DNA from: Ptychomitrium polyphyllum
Lineage: Eukaryota
Direction of reading: 5' to 3'
Assembly: GCA_973851085.1 (NCBI GenBank)
Contig: OZ316775.1
Coordinates: forward strand, 6,882,001-6,946,000
DNA length: 64,000 nucleotides
Position numbers and translations under genes: made by a program. The notes below the pieces were generated by a model. The model was not told the origin of the DNA. It saw nothing but the letters and a program-made list of their open reading frames with translations, and ran no database searches. Position 1 is the first letter of the stretch; each line of letters begins with the position of its first letter. Positions 36,019 to 47,600 of this stretch are shown piece after piece.

Positions 36019-39000
36019 ATGGTGCGTCGTCATGGCTGGCAGCTTCCAGCGCACACATTCCAGGTCAGTAATTTCGTCATCACACTTCACCACGGGCTGT
36101 ACCTTTGGCCACAAAGAGACAGCTCCTGTTTTTGGACCTACAGCAAAATTAAACAATCTTCAATACCTGCAGAAAGCCGAACAATAAATCCTACTTGTTG
36201 ATATAACAGACCTCACTCAAGTCTTTATACTGTGGGCCCAAGCCAAGACTGACAATGTGCAGTGTATTATGTTGATCAATTCAGGTGGTGGCGATCACAG
36301 TCTACTTCTTGCTGGCAACCGCCTTCTTTGTTTTCTTGGCCCCCTTCTTGTGGATCGGCGGATTGGAATCCGCAGCCTTTGCACTTTATTCCCCCTTGGT
36401 ATGTCAATTCTTTCCCACTTTTTTTATGGGTAGGTCTAAATCAAGTGGACTCTTTTAGTATTTTATCAACTTACCACACGTGTATTTTATTTGCAGTTCA
36501 TTACGGTCTTGCTGCTCTATATGCGCTGTTCGGCGATCAATCCGGCAGACCCTGGAGTTTTGAAGAATCAGCCCTTATCCAAGCATGATGAGAATAGCTC
36601 CTTTTCACAGATATCAGGGAACATGACTCCAGCTACGTCGAGTGTCCTCTCTGCCTTGCAGTCGGACGGAGATTACGACCAAAAATCTTCTCATGTCGAG
36701 CAGGTTCGAGTGGGTTGGAACAAAACACCTGGATTATGTTCCTTCACGGGACTTTGTATGCTGTCCTGTGGCTGGCTGATTCAAGATGACTTCTGTTATA
36801 ATGAGGCTAAATTCGAACAGCCTGTACCTGAAGAAGACATTCTTTTCTGCACACTCTGCAATGCTGAGGTATTTAGCCGGTTGAGAACAGTGCATTGTTC
36901 TGTTAATTTTTTTTAGTCTGCCTATAAATTCAAAGTATTAAGATTAATTCTCTGGTGTTAATTCATGGATGCTAGGTTCGCAAGTACAGCAAGCATTGCA
37001 GGAGCTGTGACAAATGTGTTGATGGCTTTGATCACCATTGTCGGGTACCACATCCACCACTCTTCACTTGTCCTTCGGTACACCTTTCGAATCATTTGTT
37101 CAGCTCATAACACTTGTAACTGGGATCTTTTTCGTTGTTAGATTGCAGTTCTGTACTTGCAGCTGGGCTGTATGGATTCTAACTTGATTTCGTCCGTGGC
37201 TTCTTTTCTTTGGCAGTGGCTGAACAACTGTGTAGGAAGGAAGAATTATTCAACCTTTATTGCTCTGATGGCTACAAGTCTCGTCTTGGTGAGCGAATTC
37301 TTCTTTACATGCTTTGTCATACATAGTGGGGAGTTTGAAAACACAAGTTTCTCTGTAAAACGATTGATTTTAGGAAGGCAATAGCGTGAAAAGCGCAGCG
37401 CTGAGGTCTAAGATTTCATACTCAGAATTGCGGAATGTTGTTGGTGATCCAATGGTTCATGTCAGATTAAGATAATGTTGAACTTTATTAAGAATAGTAA
37501 AGCTGGGACTAAACTATGTCGTTGACTATGCAGCTTGTGTTGGAGTGGGGGATAGGAGCAGCTGTTTTCATACGATGTTTTGTGGACAGGAGAGGAACTC
37601 TGGACCAAATATACAGCAAGCTCGGGAATGGCTTCTCTATGTTTCCTTTTGCCTGTATAGTGGTAATGAATGATTCTTGTATTTCAAATGGCTTGTATTT
37701 TGGATGATGCACGCAGTTCGACGATGTCCGGAACATGATTAAATTTAGAGATCCACGTATCATCTCTCTTCTAATAGCGGTTTGATTGTTTTTGCAGCTG
37801 GTGTGCACACTGGTGGCTTTCCTGGCCTCAGTTCCTTTGGGGGAACTATTCTTTTTCCATCTTATACTTATGAGAAAGGTTCATGTCAGCTCATTTCACC
37901 GTCTTCAAGAACTTGCTGCCGTGATACATTTCAGTTCGTTCATGATGCCAACACTTGGAGTTAATTAAAATTCTAATGCTTGCAGGGAATTTCCACATAC
38001 GAATATGTAGTGGCTATGCGAGCTCAGGCAGAGGCCCAGGCTGAACCTGCCCTTACTGAAGAGGAGAGTGAAATATCATCACCTGGTGCTTCTACAACAA
38101 CTGGAGTGAGTGGAGGCAGCTCACTTGGGCTTCAAGTGCGTGGGGGTGGAAGCTGGTGCACACCACCTCGGATATTCATTGAGCACCAGGTACAAGTCAT
38201 TTGACCATCGGAAAATTCACAGTACAGATAGCGTTTTCTGATTGCGTTGTCACTTAACAACTGGGAACCGTTGTGAGCCAAAAACATCTAAATTAACCCG
38301 CTTCAGCTTAAATCCCAAACGACTTATGAAACATATCATAGCAGCTCTGATAGAATTTGAGTGAACAGAAGTTTTGAGTTTGTGAGGGGTCCAAATATGG
38401 CACGCTATACTAGTATGACAATAGCTCTTGTTTATGGCAGCACATCAATTTTCTGCATTTAATGTTCATCAGGAACTTCGTGATCTGAGTCCTTGTAAAG
38501 CTTCTGAAAGAAAACGCAAGATGGGTACTATTGTTGAGGAAACAACACCTGCAGAGATAAGTCCCGAAAAGGAAATTCCCAGGAGCGATAATATTGAAGA
38601 GGAAAAGGTTGATGATGAACCGAATCATGAACAAGAGACTGAACCTTCAAATTTAAGGGTATAAATGTCTGCTAAGGCTCTGTTTGAAATTCCTGTTTAA
38701 GAAATAAAGTATACTTCAATTTCCGTTGTCTCAATCAACTGTGGAACAAATATGACTCCTTCAATTTGGATTTCCAGTAGCCATTATGGTCTGCTGAAAG
38801 ATGGGATTTCTTTGGATTGGCACTTGGTAGGATGAGGATCTTGACATGGCACCGGGGAGAGTCTCTTCAACCATGGATCCAGACGCTGCTGGGCGACCCA
38901 AGAAGAGAGCGCCAGGAACCGTGAGGATAAGTGCATGGAGGCTAGCAAAGCTGAACCCACAAGAAGCTTCTCGAGCAGCAGCAAAAGCTCGGGACAATTC

Positions 39001-40189
39001 CTCTGTTCTCCAGAAGCTTGGCACCACTCGTGAAATGACAACCAACATACCCGAGACTGATTACAGTTCAAGTAGTAACATGAGCAGCCGGAGTGCTGTC
39101 AGCATGGACTATCCAGCATTGCAGAGATCCTTACTCAGAGCTCCTCCACAGAAAGTCATCACTCCTCGTGGCATCCCTTCTCTCAACTCTGACCTCTCTC
39201 GCACCCACTTTGCCAGAGTGCCTGGTCTATTGGGCCACTCCTCCGGGCCTGCTTACGCTGAATCGGATGTCCGAAGCAGCATCAGCAGTTATAGCATCAC
39301 TTCCACCACCCCAGAGTCTCTGAGCCCCTTTCCAGCAGATATTCAGTATAATCTCACAGAGCATCAATTTTCCAGAGTTGCGGCTGTTGGCCAGCTCCAT
39401 GGGACTGCCACACTAGGGGAGCCTATCCCTTCTGCCTCCTCTGCCTGTCCTACAATTGACCTTCCCTCTTCTGAAGGACGGCTGAACTGGCCAGCGTTTC
39501 AACGAACTGCACCAATAGGAAGGACCGACGTGGTTCCACCTTCGGACCGTGTGGGTGTTCCCAGTGATGAGGGCTATGATGCATCAAAAAGCAATGCCAA
39601 TGGAGATCCATCAATTCGGCCATCGAAAGAGAGGAATGTTTTTCTGAGGGACCACAGACGGAATGCAGTGTTCTGGAGTCGACCTGGTCTGGGTAGGTTT
39701 GGAGGTGACCCCAGTGTTGTCAGACCACAAAGCAGGATTTTGTTTGGAGGCAGTGGCATCAGTACTTCCACATACCCGTCACAAGTGGTGCGAACTTGGC
39801 CGAAAAACCCGCTTGCTCATCCAGAAGCTCCTGAGTCTGAGTTAGGAGGTGGTTCCTTAGCTGCCTCTGCATCCAGAAGTCCTACCCCTCCATCCCTCGA
39901 CCCATCTCCTGGTCTACCAAGCCAGGCAACCCCTTCAGAAAGCTTCTCGATTTTCTTTGGACCTCCCATTGTGCCAGTTGGAGACGGGATGAAAGGGTAC
40001 AAACGAGAAGCTTCTTCCTCTCAGCCTGCACCGCCAAACCCTGTTGCGGAACCAAGAGACCAAGAAATGAAAATTCAGATCGTTGCAGAGAGTAGGATTC
40101 CCACTGTCCCTCTCCCTGCCCTCACTCCTCACTCCCAGGTCACTCCTAGGTCCAAGTCACCAACTTCTGTATCACGAAGCCAGCACTGA
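36019..40189 (+). CDS. DHHC-type protein S-acyltransferase (palmitoyltransferase; plant 'MVRxHGWQLP' clade) with a long disordered C-terminal tail
   Basis: Exons about 36019-36063, 36285-36398, 36497-36868, 36976-37044, 37217-37288, 37534-37662, 37798-37878, 37986-38189, (38473-38658) and 38831-40189. Motifs [68 protein letters not shown] and [11 protein letters not shown]. Confidence 0.93.
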
Positions 40190-42038
40190 AGAAGCAATTC
40201 GCAATCTCTGTCCATTGTTTCTGCTCATTCTAATGATACTGCAATCTGGCTAGCCAGGTTTACTGGTCTGTTGGTCAAGGTTGCCAACATTTTGGATAGA
40301 ATAGGCCTGACTCAAGCTTGTTGTGGCTGCTTGAGTATGTGACTCCCTGGAAATTGAAATTTCCCAGGGACTCATGGCAATCTGGCTCATGAAGAGCTTC
40401 AAATGGTTGACACCAGTTTATCAGACTTGAGATTAAGCAAAGAGATGTTGTGCTAGGCTGGAGAATTCAACCCGTCATAAGCTTTGCCTGTGCAAATCAT
40501 AATCAGGAGTACTGCCTTCTTGACAGTCAATGCACTATGTCACTGTGGTGGAGTTTAAAGAGATACAGGCACTGCACCCTGAGAGTAAGGGTGTACTTTC
40601 ATTTTTATTCAGGAGACTGGGACTCAGCTGGAGTGTCCGATGGGGGTGCACAAGTTAGCCTCACCTGGATTGAGCTTTTGTCAAAATCTTACTTTTTGGG
40701 GACCTGTACAATCTTCGCTCGGGCTGCTAAGTTCTGTACAGAGTCAATTATTTTTTAATTTAATTATGGGGATCAGAAGCGTATATTTGCTTTATACTTG
40801 AGGGAAGTCCCTTCTTGGAATTACAAACATTTGTCATAGACTTACACTTATTTTTGGGTGCATTTCCCATTACCTTGCATATTGTACCTTTTCAGATGTA
40901 ACACGACTTGTTGAACGAAGAAAGCCTCATCTGTGCTATGATTGCTGCTGATAAAAACAACTAGTATCTGAATGAGCTATGCTTCTCTAGAACTCATCAA
41001 GCATCTGAAGGGTTCAATTGCTCCAGAGGCTCATTTTTGGGTTTCACTTGCTAGATTTGTACTCGTTGCAGTCTCGGATAGATTTCATCATGAGAGAGCT
41101 GCTTGGCGTCGTTGTAAAGTTACTAAGATAGCAGCTTGTAGGCAGGCTATTCCGGCCTTAGAGGTCTGGATCTTCTACTCATGCAAATCATGGAGAGTCT
41201 CTGGTAAGAGCACCTTATTGTGACAGTGTGCCTAATTGTATCACAGGTTATGACATGCGACAATGAGTGAAGCTCCTAAATTGTGTTGTAGTGAGGTATA
41301 ACTTTAGGTGTTCCTACCTTACCAGCAACTGATGATAGCTGTGTCTCAACCTCAATTCAAAAATAATACAAATCATGGTGCAGTACTGTAGTATATTAGT
41401 TATCTGTTAGTCAACAGTGCGTGCTGTAGTCTCATGGTTCAAAGACTTCAAAGGCCTGGTTGTGAGAAAATTACTGAATCATGAAGAATTGAGCCTCCAG
41501 CACAGGACCAACTAGCACTAGACATTATTGGGGAACAATGATTGGGGATGTTTTATTAGCAGTGAAGAAATTATTTTGAACAGAATGTGGCTCCAGCTCT
41601 ACGTACCTTTATAGGAAACGTTCAAAGCTTCAAATTTACCATTTACCATGGCAGCATTCAATATAAATTTTTGAATTTTTTTTGGAGAACTAAAGGTCGT
41701 CAAGTGAATCTCAAAGGGCTCCTAAAGTACTCCTAAAGGGCCAGTACTATTTTAGTATAATAATCATTACTTTTGAAGTGTGTTGCATACAAATGGAAGG
41801 AAATGGAAATGTAATAGAATTGGAGATTATATGGTTAGACTAAAAAGATGAGAGCGAGGTGTAGAGAAGAGGATAGAAAGAGAGAGAATGAGGGGAGATG
41901 TCATGTGACTTGGCATTGGATGCAAAGCTACATTAGCTAGATACAATGTAGTTTAGTTTATAAAGTTTTATATCTATTTGATATAAAACTTAATATTATT
42001 GATATTATGGATTATTATGGATTATTATGGATTTTTCA

Positions 42039-42350
42039 GTTGTTTCTAAAGATGTTGAGTCTCCTCTTGCCTTAGTCAATAAATAAAAGCACCTTATTGG
42101 ATATTGCCAACATTTGTGATAAATTTGAGGTCTTTTGTATTTTGAACTCATGGCTCAATATAATTTGGAATTCCAATATTTAAATCCCTAAAGAATCCAC
42201 TGCAAATGAGCAAAAACGAGTTGTGGACTTTTTGATAGGCACCTTTGATATTAATGATTCTACAAAAGATTAATAATTCTTTCTTCTAGGCCAAGCTATG
42301 GATTTCAACAATCTAATGTGGATTATTAGCATGTGCCTTGTTATTCAATA
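42039..42350 (+). pseudogene. Decayed C-terminal part (target-recognition region + motifs IX/X) of a putative C5 cytosine DNA methyltransferase (DNMT) inside a Gypsy polyprotein
   Basis: Translates SPLALVNK.../LPTFV..RSF.../IWNSNI*IPKESTANEQKRVVDFLIGTFDINDSTKD**FFLLGQAMDFNNLMWII. This resembles an EPxAxERERxMGFxxGxT-x8-RxxLLGQAMDxNxLxW pattern. RT follows in the same orientation. Confidence 0.6.
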
Positions 42351-42699
42351 ACATCACAATGGCCATCTACTTATTTTGAGGTCAAAGAACAATGGATCCA
42401 ATTTTCATTCTAAAACAATACGTATAAGAACAACTTCTAGTTCAATGTGTTTTGATTGCCTCAATTCAAGGCTTTAAAAAAGAAAAATGTTCAAAAGTAG
42501 TTTTTATAGGTGTTTTTACAAGGCAATTCATACTTTGTAAACATTGCAAATTTACATATAAATTGTGGTAATAAAGTCCCTCATTTGGCTCCAAGTGAAG
42601 ATGCTAAGGGTATAAAAGTTGTTTCTTCAATGAATTAGCAATTATAAGCAATACCAACATATAATGGTGCTTCATTGGTTTATTAAGAAATTATAGCAT

Positions 42700-43463
42700 T
42701 TGTTTGATTGGCCATTAAAATTAGGACCTTGTTTTATGGATATTGAAGCACAAAAGATAGAAGCCTTTATTTGCTCGTATTGCAATTGTTTTGCCTTTAG
42801 CCTCAAGAATCTTAAGGACTATAAAGACTATCTTATTCACATTTAATTGAAGGACAATCACCCAATCTTTAAACGGCCTTATAAATTGAGCACTTCAAAA
42901 AAAAAATGGTGTTCAAACTTGTTATTATGAGTTATTTGTTGCAAATTTGATTGATCATTTTTGTTATAAATAGAGTAATGACAAGGCAAGGCTTCAAAAC
43001 TCTAAGATATGGAATAAAACATTTCTAAGGTATATTAGAAGCAAAAAGTTATAATAATGTTCAATAACAAAACTAGGTGGTCTGAGTTAAACCACAAGAA
43101 ATGCGTTGTTAATATTAAAGATTTCTTTAGTCTTGGTTCTTATTTATACTATAAGTACAAGCCTTAAAAGCTTCTTGAAAAGCTTCTAATACAATGCTTT
43201 GTATTCAAGCAACCTCGGATTGCTTCTTTGGAAGTTTCTTTAGCCAAGGTAACTTTTTTTAAAGCTTCCTTTGTCTTTTTAAGCCTTCTAAGAACATTTC
43301 TCGAAACTTCTAATATATATGTCCATGACACTTCCAATGGCAAGTATGCTTGTATTATAATCATTCTTTCTAAGAAGGACATGTTTTATAATTAAATAGA
43401 GAAACAAAAGTGTAGAGATTATTATTCAATTGGCCGTAAGAATAAAACAAGTTGATATTTCAT
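42700..43463 (+). pseudogene. Decayed Gypsy RT N-terminal region (family distinct from A/B/C), interrupted by a solo LTR
   Basis: CFAFSLKNLKDY..IHI*LKDNHPIFKRPYKLS..ELFVANLID [LTR] SNGKYAC....SKKDMFYN*IEKQKCRDY. Confidence 0.75.
42962..43330 (-). mobile_element. Family-C solo LTR
   Basis: TG...CA termini (TGTTATA...CATGACA). Reverse complement is similar to the LTR at 48930-49280 (GCATTTCTTGTGGTTTAACT). TSD not resolvable. Confidence 0.7.
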
Positions 43464-43715
43464 TGACTTACATAATGCAACATAGTTCTTAAACACCTTC
43501 TATTAGGTCTTAGTAGCTTCCAATAGCTTCTAAAAATCTTCTAGTAGCTTCCATGACCTTCTATTTTTCTTTGGAAACTTCTTAAAAAGATTCCATAGAC
43601 TTTTGAAACATTTTATAGCTTTGTAGAAAGTTCTATTAAAAGTATTGTAAAAGACATGAATTTCTTGATATAAATGACAATTAAGATGAGGTATACCTTA
43701 AACCTTCTAAGAATT
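43464..43715 (+). repeat. Decayed LTR fragment related to family B
   Basis: Similar order of motifs to 45756-46129 (ATGCAACATAG...CCATAGACTTT...GGTATACCTTA). Confidence 0.5.
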
Positions 43716-43724
43716 GTTCTAAAA

Positions 43725-44035
43725 AGACTTACATTTGCCAAAATATAAGTACAATCCCCATTCTTGTAATTGTTCAAATGTTGCCTTTAAAATGCCTCAT
43801 ATGCTTCTTTGAGTTGCTAAGAAAGATGATAATATCATCAATGTAGCATCTAACAAATGATAAGTTAGTTAAAATTTGATTCATTACCTACTAAAGCTTA
43901 GATGATATATTCTTAAGACCAAATGGAAGAAACTGTTAATGATAAAGTTCATTCTTGCCATTTTGATTGATTCATCAAAATACTATCTTGTTCAATCTCT
44001 TGCAAGTAATGGCAACTAGTGATAAGTAGAAATTG
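43725..44035 (-). pseudogene. Inverted RT core of the same Gypsy family as 42700-43463
   Basis: Minus strand: STYH*LPL...INQNGKNELYH*QFLPFGLKN...ILTNLSFVRCYIDDIIIF...EWGLYLYFGKC. Confidence 0.75.
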
Positions 44036-44679
44036 TGCTTATATGTTGGCAAGTCCAAAGATCTAAAGAATTGGAAAAATTTCATTGCATAATTTTTTGG
44101 TCTTGTACTTTGTTGTAAATTTTGGTTTTTGATATAAAGTCTAGTTCTTCCATATTTTTGTTTTGAATCTTTGTCTTATATTTTCATTCATAGTAATTTA
44201 TTAAAGTCACTTACAAACAATATTAAAGCTTGGCCTTTCTTTGTAAAAAGTGGATTATTTCTTTTCTTAAAAGCGCTAAGGCATTTTAGAAGTTGTAGAT
44301 TACCGTTTCCAAAGTCATGTTGTTTTTCATCTCAAATTCTGATTTAGTTTTGCCTACATTGTAACCTTCTTTGGTACTATCTTCCATTACTATGGCAAAT
44401 GGTGCATAAATCATCATGCTAAATTCAAAGTTGCCTTTAATTATGAATGATTTTGAAGCTGTACAAAAAATAACAAAGATAATATGAAAGCGGAATTAGG
44501 AGTTGTATTTTGCATTTTTACAACAATCAAGGGCCAACAACATGTCATTAAGTATAATAAGTGGTTGTTGAAGCTTCTATGTCACAAACATCAACACTTG
44601 CCAAGAGTCAAGCAAATATGTTATTTTCTTAAAGTAGTAACTCAACAGTTAAGGAGCCAAGGATTAGCATTCTAGAGAC

Positions 44680-47600
44680 GTTTAATAGTACGCATTATAA
44701 ATTTTGAGGCTTTGTAAATTAAATGTGATTAATTACCATCGTACAACTACAACAATATCTAGTAATAACATTATGCATTGGATTGATAGGAACTTTTACT
44801 CTTGAAACAAACTTTGTTTTAATTTGATCCATAATAAATCAATTTCATTAAAGATTAAGGAACATCATGAAGGATAAAATCTTAATGAAACAATTAATTA
44901 AGAAGTGAGGTATGTAAATTGACTATTTTAGCAACAATAAGATAGGTGATATTTAATTGTATTGCAACATTACATTGGCAGCTTCAATATCATTTAAATT
45001 CAACATGCAAATGGAAGCCAAAGATATGCAAATTGATGCAATTTACTTCAGGCCTTGCTTTGAATAAGAAAAATATTGTTGTTGCAAAGAAGGCTTGTGC
45101 TTGATTATAGAAAGTTTTGCCACAAAATTAATAATTGTCAAGAAGAACAATGCATGCATAAAATGAAGAGTGTTTCTACACCAAATTATAACATGTCAGA
45201 AAAATGAAGGCATCTAGCTACATTAGAGATTGTATGGTTGGATTTTTCTATTTTATAAGCCAAAAAAGGTCTTGTAGTTTTAGCCAATATTTCTTGTTGC
45301 TTTATTATTATAAATTGTCTAGATCCTTCAAAATTGGAGTATGACACATTATTGGATTATAAATTCTCTACAAGTTTTATAAATAAGGAATTTTGTAGAG
45401 TGTACAAAATTCATATAATTCAAAAGTTTAAATCAATACATATAGAAGTTATAAATGATTCACTTCTATTCTTTGGAAATGTTATTTATGAAACAATCCT
45501 ACTAAAAGTAACATTTGATAACCATAGCAATTAAGTGGAATTCAACTTCATTAAGTTGCCATTAAACCTAATCAATTTAGGACTTTCATGGCTTACAAAA
45601 CATAACCTCCAAATAAATTAGGCATTCCATAATATAATATTTTCTAGAATAAAGCTTGTTATTTCTAAATATAAATATTTTATGTTTTAAATATCAAAGA
45701 TAAAAAAGTTGTTGTTTATTAAAGGAAGAACATCCATAAGAGTTGCTAAATAAGGTGTTAGGGATATAGATCATGCAATATAGTCTTTAGAATCTCTTAG
45801 AACCTTTTAGTAGCTTTATAGAATATTTTCAATGCTTCCATAGCCATTCCAATCCTTAGAAAACTTCTTAGAAAGGTTCTATAGACTTTCAAAACGTCCT
45901 AAAGTTTCATAGGAAGCTTCTTCAAAAATATCCTACAAGATATAAGTATCAAAGTATAAATAAGAAGCTAGACAAGGTATACCTTACTCTTGTTAATACA
46001 AGTTGTGGATCAAATTGTATCAAGTCTTTGTTCTAGTCTTGGTATCAATTCTTATTAATCATTAGCTCTTTGGAAGCTAATTCTTGGAAACCACTTCGTA
46101 TTTGTTTCTTGTTTCTTCTGTTCCTAATATAAAATATATCATTTACTTTTTATGCAACTCCAACATCTGAAACTATGACTATTCCAACAACAATTCGAAA
46201 GGCATATAGGAATTTTTTTAAATGTCGTTAAAAAATAAAATGCAGACATCTTGTCAAAATACTGCTGTTACAATTGTGCTATTAATTTCCAAAATGGTGG
46301 CCAACTACCATTTGAACCAATCTACAACTTGTCTCTAAACAAGCTTTTGGCATTGAAGGAATACATTGATAAAATCCTAGCCAAGAATTTCATTCAACAT
46401 TCAAATTTTCTTATTTTTGCTTCAATATTCTTTGTGAAGAAAAAAAATAGATTCTTGCAAATGTGAATTGATTATTGCAGCCTCAATAAGATAATGGTAA
46501 AGAACTTAATAATCCTGGATTTTAATAGACCATTCTTTATGGAGACCAATGCCTCAAACTTTGCCTTAAAAGTACTCTTGTTACAACTTAGAGGAAAATA
46601 ACAGCTTCATCTAATTTCTTTGCATTTAAGGAATTTTTTAATTGCAAAAATTAATTATAAAATTTACAGTAAAAAGTTCCATGTCATTGCAAATTCTCTC
46701 TAGGAGTAGCTCCATAAACTTGAAGGTGCAATTCATTTGGTAAGTACAGATACAAATTACAAGAACCTTGAGTTTTTCATATTGGACCATGTTCTAGATT
46801 ACCATTGGAACATGTCTTTGTCTTAATTTGACTTTAACATTACATATTATTTTGAGACGGAGCATGGATTACTAGATGCACTTTTAAAACAACCATACTT
46901 TGCACCAAAAGAAAAAAATGCAACATATCATTAACAATGGACTATACCTTTGAAACCCAAGTAGATTTGTCTTCAAGCAACCACTATTTTAATGCCAATG
47001 GATTCATCATTCTTTGACAGGTTCATAAGGCATTAGCTACACACTTTTTTGTTTTTTATATCAAATGTTGCTCCAACAACATGTCAAAAAATTTGAACAA
47101 GTTCAAATTTGAAAATGGCCTCTTATAATTTGAAAAATGCTGATATGTTCTTAAAAAGCCAACTAGTCTTTGATTTCTTCAAATACAACATGATTGCCCT
47201 ACGGTTGGACGTTTTGGATTCAACAAAACATTGAAATTAATTTCTTGAGCTTTTTGGTGGCTTTAAATGTAGAAGGACGTTAATGAATTCGTACTCTCAT
47301 GTGGCACTTGCTTTAAGCAAAAAAAACCCTCAATATTGTTCATATGGTCTTTTTTAACCACTACTAGTTCCAAGTTAATTGTCGCCATTTATTTCCATGG
47401 ATTTCATTACAAATCTTTTGTTGTCAATTTTTTTTAATACCATCTTTGTTGTTGTGGATTGATAATCCAAGATGATATATTTTTTACCTTGCAAGAAGAC
47501 AATTATGGATGAAGAAACAATTAGGTTCTTTATGGATAATGGTTATTGTAGTTTTTCAAACAATATCATATTAAATTACGGACCAAAATTTATATCAAGA

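Noticed and set aside
41963..41991. Perfect 12-bp hairpin AAGTTTTATATC-TATTT-GATATAAAACTT
   Set aside because: Short and AT-rich, with no Helitron-type CTRR end or miRNA-length stem to support a call.
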